Assembly (NCBI RefSeq): GCF_037042905.1
Contig: NC_087246.1
Span: forward strand, 52,576,001 to 52,640,000
DNA length: 64,000 nt
Origin: Lytechinus pictus
Lineage: Eukaryota
Direction of reading: 5' to 3'
Position 1 is the first letter of the stretch. Each line of letters starts with the position of its first letter. Positions 51,661-64,000 of the stretch are shown here, piece by piece. The translations under genes and the position numbers were made by a program. The notes below the pieces were generated by a model. It made no database searches and had not been told where the DNA came from. It saw only the letters and a list, made by a program, of their open reading frames with translations.

Positions 51661-54600
51661 TAATTCCTTGGACAAATGATCCAATTCCACACTAACTTTT
51701 GTGTTCATTATTTGCTAAACGGTTCAATATTTTCATGCAAAACAATCATTGCAGTTAAAATATGAACATATTTACCCATTTTAAATGTTTTTAACGAACC
51801 CTTAAAACCCACTTAAGCCATATATAAACTTAAAACTATTTTGATTTCACAAATTTACCAAACAGATCATTTATTCATGAAAAACATTGCAACATGAGGG
51901 CGAATCATGACTGTGTTAAAGTTTATCTGAATGCTATACTGTGAAATGAGATGGAGAAAATTTGAAATGAACTTGGGGAGGGGTAATTACAGTTTCACTT
52001 AAGAGGTCTGGGAAAGAGTACGTGCTTCAAAAAATGGCACTTTTCCGAGATGACCTCAACCCTCACTTACTCAGCTTAAGGGTATATAGTAATAAAAAGT
52101 TTTTTTTTCAGTAATTGTAAATACACAGAGTATAAGCAATATATCTATTTCCATCATAAACGGGTTAGCTTGAAGACGAAAATATTTATGAATTACTTCT
52201 TACGCGAAGATAAAAATATTTAAAAAAGTATACGTACAGCGAAGACAGAAAAGATTTAAAATTATTTAAGCCAATAAAGGATATACCATTATTGCTGAGG
52301 TTAACTGAAATGTTGAAACTGATAGACGAAATAAAAAAAAATGGGGAGAACAAAAAATCCTATAGAACTCGGACATCTTTGCCTAACTGATAAACTTGAA
52401 GCTGCCTCTTGAGATATGGCCATGGCGATAGAACATATCGTTTCTTTCTCACTTATCACCCGCATTTTAGACTAGGATGTAGGACCTTTTTTGTTTATTT
52501 ACTGTGGACGATTATGAACAGGTCAAGTTTGACAGGTATTATCTATGTTTTATCATAGACCTAGCATGACTTGAACGGACTCTTGACCTTAATTTGACTG
52601 AGATTAAACGGTCGTTGCAGAGTTGCTTGTTGAGTGCGAGTTTCTACATGTTTCTCTGTGTAGGTCTGATAGCATCCGTGCACAAATGGAGAGATGGGGA
52701 CGGAAGCTACCTCAGCTCAAAGCGATATCTTTAAATACAACCTGTTTTCTCTATTTCTTTTAGTAATATTATGTGCACCATCGATGTTTCTTGCACTTCT
52801 TTCACATTATTGAAATTACATCTTTACCAAGAGAATATGGGACCATTTCGATTGTGGGAACATATACAATTACAAGGTTTTCTGTTCTGAGTGAATTTCG
52901 TAGTTGCTCCTAAGTAAAATGAAACGAATGCACGATCATGAGGCCAGGAATTCTACCCACATACAATTTTGCACCTCGTCAAATGTTCTTGTAAACGTCA
53001 CGAGCTAGTAGAAAGACATCACTGTTTATATGCAGACTATTGATAATCTCTCTCTTAACATCCGCCTGAAGAAGTCGACGGCTGTTATATCAGTGTTTAA
53101 AATGTCTGATGTGGAGTAACACTTGCTAGAAATAAGAGTGGTAAAATGTCACGGCCTCCGTATGACGATACTAAGGCACTTGTTAATTAGTTGAAAAGGC
53201 CCAAAATAAACTTGGCAGTTATATTTTCGTTGAAGGTGATGGAAATAATGATGTGAAGAATCCCGTGAATGTCTTATACGTGGCAATGACGTTTAGGAAT
53301 TATATTCGTATTAATCAAACGCTGTTCAAGTTTGACAACAATAACCAATTTACCATTATTTTTTAGAAATCATAATTGCTAGTATGTGTTAGCTCTTCCT
53401 TGTTGTTAGCATAGTTTAAAATGTAAAACGTGTAGGTACAGCAAAAAAAAAACGACCTTGATGTCGCGTTGGTAACAGTCTTGTTTTTTTTTTAAGGAAG
53501 TGCTTTGCACGTATATTTTTGCATTTTTATTTCAATACCTCTTTACGCCAAACTCGTTGTTTATTCTATGAACGAGATTTTTGAATTCATGACAAAAAAC
53601 AACAATCTACAATTTGAAAAAGATATAATATTTGGCAAACCATAATGGAAGTAAAAACACATAAACAGGTATCAGTGCTATTTGAGAAACAGTTCCTTTA
53701 AATTTAATTTTGTATTCTGCAAATAGCTTAAATGTTAGGTGGATCAATTGTTGCTGCACATCTTTCAGCAATACCCGTGAACCCGGAAATGAACATGTCG
53801 ACGCATCTATTTGACCCGGAACCGATTTGTGACACGATTAGATGGGAACAAAAGAAGTATGCACAAAGCCTTATAACGTATGAACTATTATGTGTTTTCG
53901 AGATCTCAAAACCTAGCACTAAAATTTCCCTGCGTCTAATGAAACATGAAAACAACTCAGAGACAATTCGTGATCCAAAATAGATTATTAATATAGGCCT
54001 ACTACAATTATAGTAACTTGATCACCGGGTTTTTCCAAAGCAAATGGATGTGAGCGCCTTGTCTAAATTGTTAATAATTTATGTTCAGTTCAGTGGTATG
54101 CGTCCAAAGTTTACAACAGTAACATGAATCATAAAATTTTGAATTTTTTAAACATACATGTGTATATACAGGTCAACCAGTGATGATACTCATATCTCAT
54201 CCATAATCCAATTAGGAAGAGCGTTATATGAACAGGAGTGAAGTGAGGAAGTTTTGGGCGCAAGGGACCTTGACCATTCCCATAGGGGTAGGTCTGTTTA
54301 GTCGCACAGAGCTGAATCATCGTAGCGTGGAGATTGATATAGAACTGTCACGTATGAAAGTCATGAATGCTAGGTCAGGTAACGAGACAGTGCCTTCATC
54401 AAAATCTGGACATTTTTAACAGCTAATGATACCACTCCCCCTTGTTCTGCGTTATTGGTCCATGCTCAGATTCAGTCAATGGACGCATCGGGGGCTGTCA
54501 GTGGGATGAGGGGAGGGATGGGGGAAGAAACCCTCATGTCCCTTCCAATCAATTCAATATTTTACAGACTGCCCCCCCCCCCATTTACACCAGTGCATCA

Positions 54601-54899
54601 ATCTGTTAATCTTCATTCAACACACACATCGATTTACCTCGTTTCCAATCTGATTTTACACATTTTCTCTCCCCATCTATTTTTGCTCTTGTTACCTTAT
54701 TTATTAATAGGACCTGTAGGATTAATTGAAACAAATCACCTTTGGGTTTGTTTCTTAATCGTTCGTTATTTAACGAATATTATTCGAAAATCCAATTTAA
54801 TCGATATGAATAATTCAATAGTGCACGAACCAAGTATATATAGAATTTTAGTATTGTTCATCTCATAACCTCTTATGATCTTTTTTTTTGTATGAATAT

Positions 54900-55000
54900 G
54901 TTTTTCAAATTCAAATTCAAATTCAAATTCATTTATTTCACTTCCATCAAACAAAAACAAATTGTATACCATATATAAAACATAAATATTTGTATCCGTT
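54900..55000 (-). mobile_element. LINE 3' tail with (TTTGAA)n
   Basis: Minus strand GAAATAAATGAA(TTTGAA)4. Confidence 0.5.
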
Positions 55001-55352
55001 GCAAACAAAATTAATTATACATATGTAGTGAAAAAAAAAACACTTAGACGATTTGGGCAACACGTTTTTGATTTAACGTCCAATATAGACCGAATTCGAC
55101 CTCAGTTCTATCTTGTCTAGATAATTTTCTTGTTTAACATATCAACGAACGTGCTCCCCATGGGTGTTTCAGACTTGACAGAAGGAGGGGGAGAGGAAGG
55201 GGAATGAGATCAATATTTTGAGTGATGTTCTGTCCCATAGGGTCTGAACTCGCGTGACCCCCTCCCTCATCCTATTCTCTGTACATGGTCATGTATTACA
55301 ATTCACAAATAATATATTCAGTTTATTTCCATTTCAAAAATGATTACTTGTA

Positions 55353-55519
55353 CACTCTAAAAATGAAGTGCTAATTTAGCACTTAATGTCCTTGTATAGT
55401 GACTGCACTTTGAGCGCTGATTTTCTAATTTTAAATTTGAATGACTAAATCAGTTCTCAAAGAACAGTCACTATACAACGACATTAAGTGCTTAATTAGC
55501 ACTTCATTTTTTTAGAGTG
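55353..55519. mobile_element. Palindromic MITE, TA TSD
   Basis: TA|CACTCTAAAAATGAAGTGCTAATT ... AATTAGCACTTCATTTTTTTAGAGTG|TA. Confidence 0.9.
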
Positions 55520-56565
55520 TACACTAACAGTAACGCTTAATCAGTTGTATCAAAATCAAACAACGTCAATATCAATAAAGTTCACTGTTTCTTCGATTTC
55601 TTACTGTTGCATTTTAATTTCTTTAGGGGTACAAAAGAAAGTTAGATGAAGGTCGGAATATAAATATCTATCATTCATTTGTTATTACCTCGTATTTTGA
55701 TATTTCCAAATTATGATAGGGTAAAAAAAAGGTTTAACAGACCTGTCAGTCAAGCTGACGTCACCTGTTCTGCTTTGAGATTTGCTTTGGTATCGCGTTT
55801 CGCTGTCCCCTTCACGCCATACCCCTAGCAGGTCAGAAACCCATTAGATGTTAGGTGTAGATGGCCCCCCTTCACTACACTAACCTTCAGTAACCCCCCA
55901 TGATTATATCTCAAGTCAAATTAAAACTTATTTAGATTGAATTATCAAATGTGTCTGCTTTGTAGAGGTTGAAACGCAAAAAAAAAAATAAATAAACAAC
56001 ACACCCATAAATTTCTTGAAAAAAGCTTTGCGTGAATTCGAGGTCTTAAAAGTAAAAGTGTGTTTTGTGGACCTTCTCATGTGATCATTGCTCAATCTGT
56101 GATTTTTCCCTCTAGTAGAACGGCGTAATATGCCTCGATCCTATGTGTTACAACAAAAGAAAGAGAGAGGGGAGAAGAGTGGTGGACCGGGGAGGAGGGC
56201 TACATTGACCAAAATAGAGATTGGAGCAGACAAGTAGAATGTATGAACACACAATTTTAAATAAGTTGGGAAATCTTTGAACTAATAATTGGTCCCACAG
56301 AGGTCGCAGTGATTAATCTTGATTTTCAGTGTGACCTTATGGTGCGATGAATGAAATATCACTAAAAATTGATGTAAAAATGGAGAGAGAAAATTCTTTG
56401 AGGTCACAAACAGGATTTTTTTGTGGACAATGTTTCACCAATTTCGACTGATATCGTGCAGTAGATTTGAAGTTAATATAAAATCATAAGAATGGTGAAT
56501 CTGAATTTTGAATTTCGGTTATTGCATGTTTCATTTTGATCGGCTGTACATTTTTTTTCTCAAGT

Positions 56566-56924
56566 GGAAGCGTTGTGGTGTAGCGGTTCTGACCCTCGCC
56601 TTGTAATCAGAAGGTCGTATGTTCGTATCCCACCGCGGCCTATAGCGTCCTTTGGCAAGGTGTCAATCCACACCTTGCCACTCTTCACCCAGGTGTTAAA
56701 TGGATATCGGCTCTACTTTGTTTAAAGTATGCCTAGGCTAGCAATTAAGTCTTGGAAATCTTTCTGGAATACTCCCTTGGGAGTGGGAAAATGCATGCAT
56801 TGGGTGCGGGCATGCAATGATCCGATAACCGGGGTAATAATAATTACAAATTAAAGCGCTTAGGAACACAGTTCATTGATAAGAGCAATACAGATATTGT
56901 ATAAATGTAACTATTATTGTTATT
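56566..56924 (+). mobile_element. tRNA-derived SINE, full length
   Basis: Head homologous to 1930-3011; tail GGGGTAATAATAAT..AAAGCGCTT..ATAAATGTAACTATTATT. Confidence 0.85.
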
Positions 56925-57763
56925 AATATAAGATTTGTAATAGGGATAAGGATAACTGATGCCTCATGGACTGAGATCAAGGAGTGGCTCATTACAGGGA
57001 TGCTAGACTGAAAGAAAAAAAATATTCGTATATGCGCTATAAACGACGAAAAAAGGTCAACGTTACATATGTTGATGTTGTTCAGAGCAAGTGGCATGAC
57101 CAAATTTACATTGCTTCTCAACTTTGAGACCCTAGTCGGTGGCTAGCCCCCGGGCCCGTGACCCGCTAATGAGGTCTTGGCTCCCTGTAGGGAAACGTAA
57201 ACGACATGATGCTTCTGAAACGCTTCAAGCGATGTTTGATGGGTTCAAAATCAATCTTAAACAAACATCACTTTGTCCAAAAACCAGATATTTTCACAAA
57301 TGATATTAAAAATTCAGCTGCAATCCAGCCTCCATTACACATTCCAAAGGCCTAATATTATAAAAGACCGCAAAATATAACATTTGTCTTTTTGTTTGTC
57401 TATACAGAGTATGGACATGGATGTATGAAAACAAACTGTTAATGCAATTAACAGTTTCACTTTTACTAATAAATAGTTTGTATGAAATGAAATACAACAT
57501 TTGCACGCCTGGTATTTTTAGTAAACTTCCTCATAAATCAGAGGAATGCACCTCTACGTGTAATACTATAAAATAAAGTTTTTATGTGTAATTATAGACA
57601 CTTTAATTTCTTTGTTTATATGCATTTTTGTTTACCATTTTTTAATATTCAGAAAGACATTTAGGAAAATTACATATATATGTATGAAAAAGAAATCTAA
57701 TCTGATATCTGGATATGAGATGAGCTGTTACCCTAACCTACAATTCCATCGCTACTTATAGTT

Positions 57764-58830
57764 GGCAAAAAGAAGCTGCTGAAAACTGCTTATCTAATAA
57801 AAGAGAGCCAATGGAGTAAATTAGAAAGTCAAAAAGGGGCCTAAGCTTTCGATCCTAGCAGAATCTTCGTCGGAGGCAAAATGAGGCAAAACATATAAAG
57901 TGGAACAACCATAATATAGACCACAAACAAGCTACAGCAACACTAGAAACAAGGAGACAAAAGGGGCATTAGTGAGTAGAGAAGACCAATCAGGTTAGTG
58001 AAGGGGATGAAAGAAAAGGAGTAGGCAGACACAAAGGGAAGTTAGTGTAAGTAAGGCCAAGAGGGATTAAGATAATGAGGCAGGCAACATCAAACAGGAT
58101 CTGGAACAAAACAGTGATAGAGGGATGAATAACTAGAGAATTAGTGAGAGGTGGGTCAAACAGGTTACAAAGAAAGGCATAATAAACTGGTGCATAAGAG
58201 TGGGGGAAAAAGGAAAAGAATGGGGAACAACTGATAATGTGCAAAAGACATATAAGTATATATGATAAAGCATTAAACAAACTAAGAGAAGAAGGTAAGT
58301 GTAAATATGTATATATAAGTGATATGTATATAAATATATCCAAAAAAGAAATGTATATGAAAAAATATAAATACACATATGGTGTAACTGATATAATCCG
58401 CTAGGTGTGACGGGAAAAAAAACATAGGACTATACAGTAGGAAAAAAAAACCCTGTATATATGTGAAAAAGAGGAAGCAAATTGCCTAAAAAGGTAAAAG
58501 CAAATATAGAAGAGAGGGGGTGTATTATGAAGAAACCATAGTATACATGTCAATAAGCAAATGTGGTAAATCTAAAAGAGGTGAGTGGAGAAAAAAAAAT
58601 ATATAATAATCATTATATCGCCTGAATAAGGAAGGAAAAATTGGAGCTGAGCTTGTGTGAGATATGGGAGGAAAGTAGAGGAAGAAACTATAATGTAACT
58701 ATTCAAAAGAGCTGAGGGGGGGAATGATATGTATATATAAATTGAAAGTGGATAGGAAAGAATAATCAGTCGTTCCCCTCTTGGATGTTCAGGCCCAGAG
58801 CTTCTCTCTGCTAGTACGGACTGAGTCATA
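57764..58830 (-). mobile_element. 5'-truncated Penelope-like retroelement with 10-bp TSD
   Basis: GIY-YIG C-terminal remnant DSVRTSREKLW / GLNIQEGND* (stop 58766-58768), ~0.9-kb pyrimidine-rich 3' region, hammerhead-like motif; ACTTATAGTT at 57754-57763 and 58831-58840. Confidence 0.82.
57839..57877 (-). ncRNA. Minimal type-I hammerhead-ribozyme-like motif (variant core)
   Basis: GCCU-CCGACGA-A-GAUUCU(GCU)AGGAUC-GAAA-GCUU-AGGC: stem I, stem II, GAAA and palindromic AAGCUU. Confidence 0.7.
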
Positions 58831-59412
58831 ACTTATAGTTCATACATTTTTGTACACTATGTTCACTATACATTCCTCATTTCGAATGATATATTTTAAA
58901 AGTAAATGATAATGACAATGATTATATAACAGCAAAGTCTCTGATAGAGGTATACAAAGATAAAAGTCTCCTATAATCTGCATAAGTTTCTAGAGGCCTT
59001 TTGATGGGAGGTCGTTATCTTCAAATGTGGAAAGACCATTCTATTTTGTCTGTTTTTGTGTTAGTTCTCTTCTGCAAACAGTCATTTTATTTTGTCTGTT
59101 TGTGACACGTTATTATTCCCTGGTCCTTTCATCCTTCAATCTTTTGTGATTGAATAGGTTAACCGGTTAATACTTGAGTTCCATTTCCGGTAAGATCTTT
59201 TTTCTTTTTTTCTTTTTTTTGCTTTCTTCATGTATGCATTTATTTATTTCTTTTGAAATTCTTCCACCAAGTACCTTTTCAATGATATTTCACTGTTTTC
59301 CCAGAAAAGGGGATTCGGACAAAATTAATGAAACAAATATTACGTTTTATATAATGTTATACTAAAGGAGTGTATGATGGAAGATAGACTGATACGTGTT
59401 GAGATGGGATAT

Positions 59413-59602
59413 AATTCAATTCAATTCGATTTCTTTTATTTCATTTCCATTCAACATGTTCAAACATAATGCAAAGTAATATAAATCGGATACAATTTTA
59501 CAGAGGAACATTCTTATCTCGTAAAAAGTATAATATTGAACATAAATGGAAAAGGAAATGAGGGGGTCCACTGAAAGCAATGCTTGTAAAGTGTGGATCC
59601 CC
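59413..59602 (-). mobile_element. CR1-group LINE 3' end
   Basis: Minus strand GGGGATCCAC..ACAAGCATTGCTT..GTGGACCCCC stem-loop and (GAATT)n tail. Confidence 0.7.
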
Positions 59603-59869
59603 TTGACAATGAAAAAAATAGTAAATTGGATTCGATTTAAAGTGATCATTAAGAGAGGGATGAAAACAGATAAGTGATACTGTTAGGAAATATAGATAAT
59701 GAGAGTGGAGAGAAAGGAGATAAATATATATCTAATTTGATAGAATGAATTATGCGTGAAAAATTGTATATGAGGGTAAATTTTCACAAAATGAGTAAAT
59801 GATATATGAATCAATGCATAATAAGTCGAAGTTCTGCGAATATGAATAATTTACATGGTTAAAGAAATG

Positions 59870-60022
59870 AAGAAAAAAAGGAAGATAGATAGATAGAAAG
59901 AAAACATAGGCGGATGATAGAAAAAATATGAGAGAAAATAGAAAAGGGGAGAGAGGGGAGAAGGAAGGAAAATGAGGGATAAAAAGAGAGAGAGAGAGAG
60001 ACGTGAAGTGAGAGAGAGAGAG
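59870..60022 (+). repeat. Polypurine / (GA)n tract
   Basis: Direct reading. Confidence 0.7.
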
Positions 60023-60493
60023 GGTAGCCATTCAAGTTGGAAGCGGGGGGGGGGGTATTCTTTAAAAAAAAACACGTTCGTGTCTGTGAATATAGTCTGG
60101 GTATACCATGTCTATGACATTTTCTCACGTGACCTTCTACATGGGGTGCGGCCCGATGATAATTAATTCAACTCGACATCATTTGTACGTTACTATCTTA
60201 ATTAGGAAGCACAGGTAATTAATGAAGCTCAGAATATCGCCCCTTAATCCTCGTTTTCGAAGGAAATTCCGGTTTGGGGATAACCATCGGTTGTCAGGGG
60301 TGTCTGGAGAGAGTTCGTCATGTCTCGAGGTTTATCCAGGTACCTGAAATTGTATTTCTCAAGTACACTAAAAGGGTGAACGGTCTGGCTTTGGAATATC
60401 TGCTTTTAAAATCTAGTAATATAGTTGACGTAATAGTTCATGTATATTATAGTCAAAATCGACAATTGTAGAATTTATTTTTTTCCACCTCTA

Positions 60494-60613
60494 CATTGAT
60501 ATCGATATTATTATCTTGCATAAATTTCTGAATTCGATTTATTCACTTTTCCAAGTCTTCATTGATATTGCCATTATTATCCTGCGTAAATTTCTGAATT
60601 GGATTTATTCACT
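60494..60613 (+). repeat. Tandem duplication, period 66 bp
   Basis: CATTGATAT...ATTATTATC..GC.TAAATTTCTGAATT.GATTTATTCACT twice. Confidence 0.85.
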
Positions 60614-61166
60614 GCATACGTCATATGTCTTAATGTTTTAGTCTACATTATTTCATTTTAGAATGTAAAAAAAATTCTATGATTATAAGATCTAAATTGT
60701 GACTCTTAGACTCCTCCATTACAGTGTTCACATTTCTATTGAAATTCACATAAACATGATAAAGGCAGGCAGGATTTTGAATGTCATTCTAGAGGCCACG
60801 ACTGCTCTGCAACCCGATTTTGGAATATTTTGATGCTGATATTGTAATGTTCTAAAATCATCGTACAAGAACTATGTTTAAATCTTTGACTGTGATGTCA
60901 TCCTTATTAAAATAAAAACGAATGTAATAGTTGTAATGATATCATATCGTACAATTGGATACGATTTGAAACTATTTTTTTTTACTGAAAACTATAAAGG
61001 CTTACAGTCATCCACAATCGTTATATTAGTATTCTCCCAATTAATTCGAACCTCAAATAAAAAGATACTTTTTGGTCACATTTTCAGAAAATGAGCAAAA
61101 TGCGATTTGTTCCAAAATCGGATCATTGACCAAGTAGGAAGGTGTGCGGTGGCCTTAACTCATCTG

Positions 61167-61337
61167 ATGGGTGTTTCATAAAGCTGTTCGTAAAGTTACG
61201 AACGACTTTACGCACGACTGGAACATATTCTTAGGTCATAACTCAATTACATAGGAATATCACATAGCACAAGAAAGGATCACCAGTCATGCGTAAAATC
61301 ATTCTTATCTTACAAACAGCTTTATGAAACACCCCCC
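61167..61337. mobile_element. Palindromic MITE with CTG TSD (family of 19038)
   Basis: GGGTGTTTCATAAAGCTG...CAGCTTTATGAAACACCC; CTG on both sides. Confidence 0.85.
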
Positions 61338-61561
61338 CTGGTATGACATCATGTGGAGAGGTGGCAACATAAAAAAAAAATATTCAATTTGTTTCACTTA
61401 AGATCACTTACATATCAATAAATGATTTTAACATTAACATTGATAGTAGAAAGATAAACATATCTAAAATATACCTGATGATAATGTTATAGAACAGGAT
61501 CGCCTCCCTTTTGGAGAGAAAAACTTGGTGGAAAAAAATCTATACGCTTTACCATCTACAC

Positions 61562-61591
61562 TAGTGTTCCTGTATAAATACAGGAACACTA
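61562..61591. mobile_element. 30-bp TIR-only element with 8-bp TSD
   Basis: ATCTACAC|TAGTGTTCCTGTAT-AA-ATACAGGAACACTA|ATCTACAC. Confidence 0.8.
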
Positions 61592-61859
61592 ATCTACACA
61601 GTGGTATGGCGCCCTCATCAAATTAAACGGCCATCTCGGAAATTGTATAGGAAACAAACTTCATTTTCATTTTTTCTCAAGATAGATTTTATGTAATGGT
61701 TTGCATATTAAAAGACACTGGAGTAAATCCAAGCGGTGAACCTATTTTTCAGGGGGGGGGGGGGGCGTCATGTATTGTTTCATCCCCGAAATTTGAATAG
61801 TATGACGTCATGGATTCACGCCAATGCTAAAAGAGGGTATTCAGTTAAAAACTTCTTTA

Positions 61860-61980
61860 ATCGTCTTCTTGTTGTTGTTCTTGTTCATGTTGTTCCTGTT
61901 GTTGTTGTTCTTCTTCTTCTCCGTCATCTTTTTTGTATCTTCTTCTTCTTGTTCTTCTCCATCGCCGTCTTCTTCTTTTA
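61860..61980. repeat. (GTT/CTT)n low-complexity tract
   Basis: Direct reading. Confidence 0.75.
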
Positions 61981-63627
61981 TATTGTTTTCTTATTTATTT
62001 ATTAATTTATTATTACATCAACATTTTTAAAATGAATCATTGTCATGATTGCTGGTTAGACTTTAAAAGTCTACCCAGAAATCATGACAATGGTTCATTT
62101 TGATATTTTTAGGGTAGGACACAAAGATAAAAGATCAATGTGTACCAAACAAAAATACACGCTATCGTTATCTATCAAACACTGATCTTTATTTACCTTT
62201 CTCATTTTCATCCACTTTCTTACGATTTCTGATAGTGTATTGCAAGCGACCAGTCTATTGTGTTCACTCGTGTCTGCATTTTTCATTGTTCAGTTGTATA
62301 CCTCACTTTCTTACATCTTTCACCAGAGGTGTTTGCGGACCGCCCGCTTTTACCTCTTTTCTCGTTATTGTTGTTTTACCCGGGAGTTCTACCTTTTACT
62401 GCATGGTCCCAAAGGGACGCTTAAATACAATCCACTAACAAACAAAATGGAGAAAAACAAACAAACAAACAAACGAAGCATCATCACACAACAATAATCA
62501 ATATCAGCCTTCACAATAACACAAAAAACAAAATCCACGTTTTGTGGTTGCCACCAACAAAATACCCGTACTTTTAATTTACTAAAACGGAAATGGAGCT
62601 TATCCCGACTTGAATCCGATTATCCCCGAATAGCACCGATTAGTTCCGATTAACTTGTAGATTAGTACTTTGATCTTACCGATTCGTGACCTTGCTTCTC
62701 GATATAGACATCATAGCAGTTTTGATTTTTTTAAATTCTTTATTCGGCTCTCTCAGAAGGAAAATAATTTCACTAAATATATTTTCAATATTTAATTATA
62801 AATTCAACTGCATGCATTTAATTACTCTTTCTATGTTACTAATATGCTTGAATAGAATGAAATTGATTTTTTAAAAGAAATAATGCGTAAATAAAGAAAG
62901 ATGTTTAATGATTTCAATTCAAAGTGAATTCTAAATTTCAAAGGGGACAATGAACTAGATAAACAGTTGTTTAAAATGAGATGAAGTAAGTGATAATAAT
63001 GCATTTCAACAACACGATAATATTACAGCCGTCAAAGGAAAATGATACTGCAGTTTCAAAATCTTATGAATTCATGTATTTCACTATTATTTTAATTTTT
63101 CCGTTGTCAAGTTAATATAGGAAAATAATGAATGAACATAATGTAACCTGGACTTATTTTCATTGTTTGTAACTTCCCTTTGTTTTGTTTTGAATAAAGG
63201 TGATATTAAAAAAAATCTTATAATGACAAAGACAAGATAAGAATCAGTTGAAAATGAAATCAGGGACCATAAAGAGAGCTTGCGAAAAACTGGCCCCTTG
63301 TTTACAAACACCAAGGAAAAAACAACTTTATGATTACATAATACTTCATTCCTGATGAGTGAACGACCGTCAACTCGACTGGCAACAAACAGACTCTCAA
63401 TGCCTGTTCTGTAGCAGGGCTACGATAAAGGGATAGTTCGAAAAAAAAGGTTTTCGTTGGAGAAAGATGATTAACGTTATAAGACACAATGTAAATAGAG
63501 TGTATGTATCAAAGAGATTAAGAAACTTCATGACGTGGTGATTCATCATGATTAATGGCCTGTGTTTTAAAGCCGGATAAAGACAAATTAACTAGTCACG
63601 GATTATAGGTTACCTTCTATAGACCTA

Positions 63628-63866
63628 CACAGCAAAAACCGTGGTGTTAACCGGTGTACATAGAGGACCACACCAGTTATTTTACACCGGTGTTAAATTG
63701 ACAGTGTTATTTTAACACCTATAGGTGTTATTGCAACACCATTGGTTGTTACATTTACACTATTTGGTGTTATGGTAAATCTCGAGGGTGTAATTTTAAC
63801 ACCTCAGGGTGTGGTCCTCTATTAACACCGACTGGTGTCAGTTTTAACAGCACAGTTTTTACAGTG
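63628..63866. mobile_element. CAC..GTG MITE, TA TSD, with AACACC/GGTGTT subrepeats
   Basis: TA|CACAGCAAAAAC ... GTTTTTACAGTG|TA; internal TAGAGGACCACACC / GGTGTGGTCCTCTA. Confidence 0.88.
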
Positions 63867-64000
63867 TACCTATAACCATGGACATATAATGGGTCTTTAC
63901 AACGCAATGGGTGCGACTGCATGTGATCTCACTCTTACTAACATCTAAGGTCAATGGTGGGTCGAACTTGGTTTCAAAAGTGATATCTCCTTGAAATAAA

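Noticed and set aside
53065-53095. CTGAAGAAG hammerhead-like start
   Set aside because: No stem II followed by GAAA
57990-58376. 128-aa hydrophobic minus-strand ORF
   Set aside because: Translation of the pyrimidine-rich Penelope 3' region
63352-63385. CTGATGAG...CTCGAC hammerhead-like motif
   Set aside because: Lacks GAAA and closing stems I/III

Overview
AT-rich eukaryotic genomic DNA. The repeat families look like those of sea urchins (inference from pattern recognition, not a database search). One protein-coding gene is well supported: a + strand HNF4 (NR2A) nuclear receptor. It has seven confident coding exons (25506-31613) and a probable first coding exon 20 kb upstream (5470-5557), which splice in frame to 1449 nt / 482 aa. 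The rest is intron, probable long 3' UTR and intergenic DNA, densely filled with non-autonomous DNA transposons (TTAA-, TWA-, CWG-, TA-, 6-bp- and 8-bp-TSD classes, several nested), tRNA-derived SINEs and LINE 3' tails. Points of most interest: a Penelope-like remnant with a 10-bp TSD and a variant minimal hammerhead ribozyme; a 30-bp 'TIR-only' element with a perfect 8-bp TSD; a Harbinger deletion derivative retaining transposase N-terminal sequence; a degenerate ~130-150-nt repeat array just after the HNF4 stop; an intronic miRNA-sized hairpin; several clusters of nuclear-receptor/HNF1 sites; and an orphan promoter near 42.6 kb. Almost all other listed ORFs are spurious. No rRNA, genuine tRNA gene or CRISPR array was seen.
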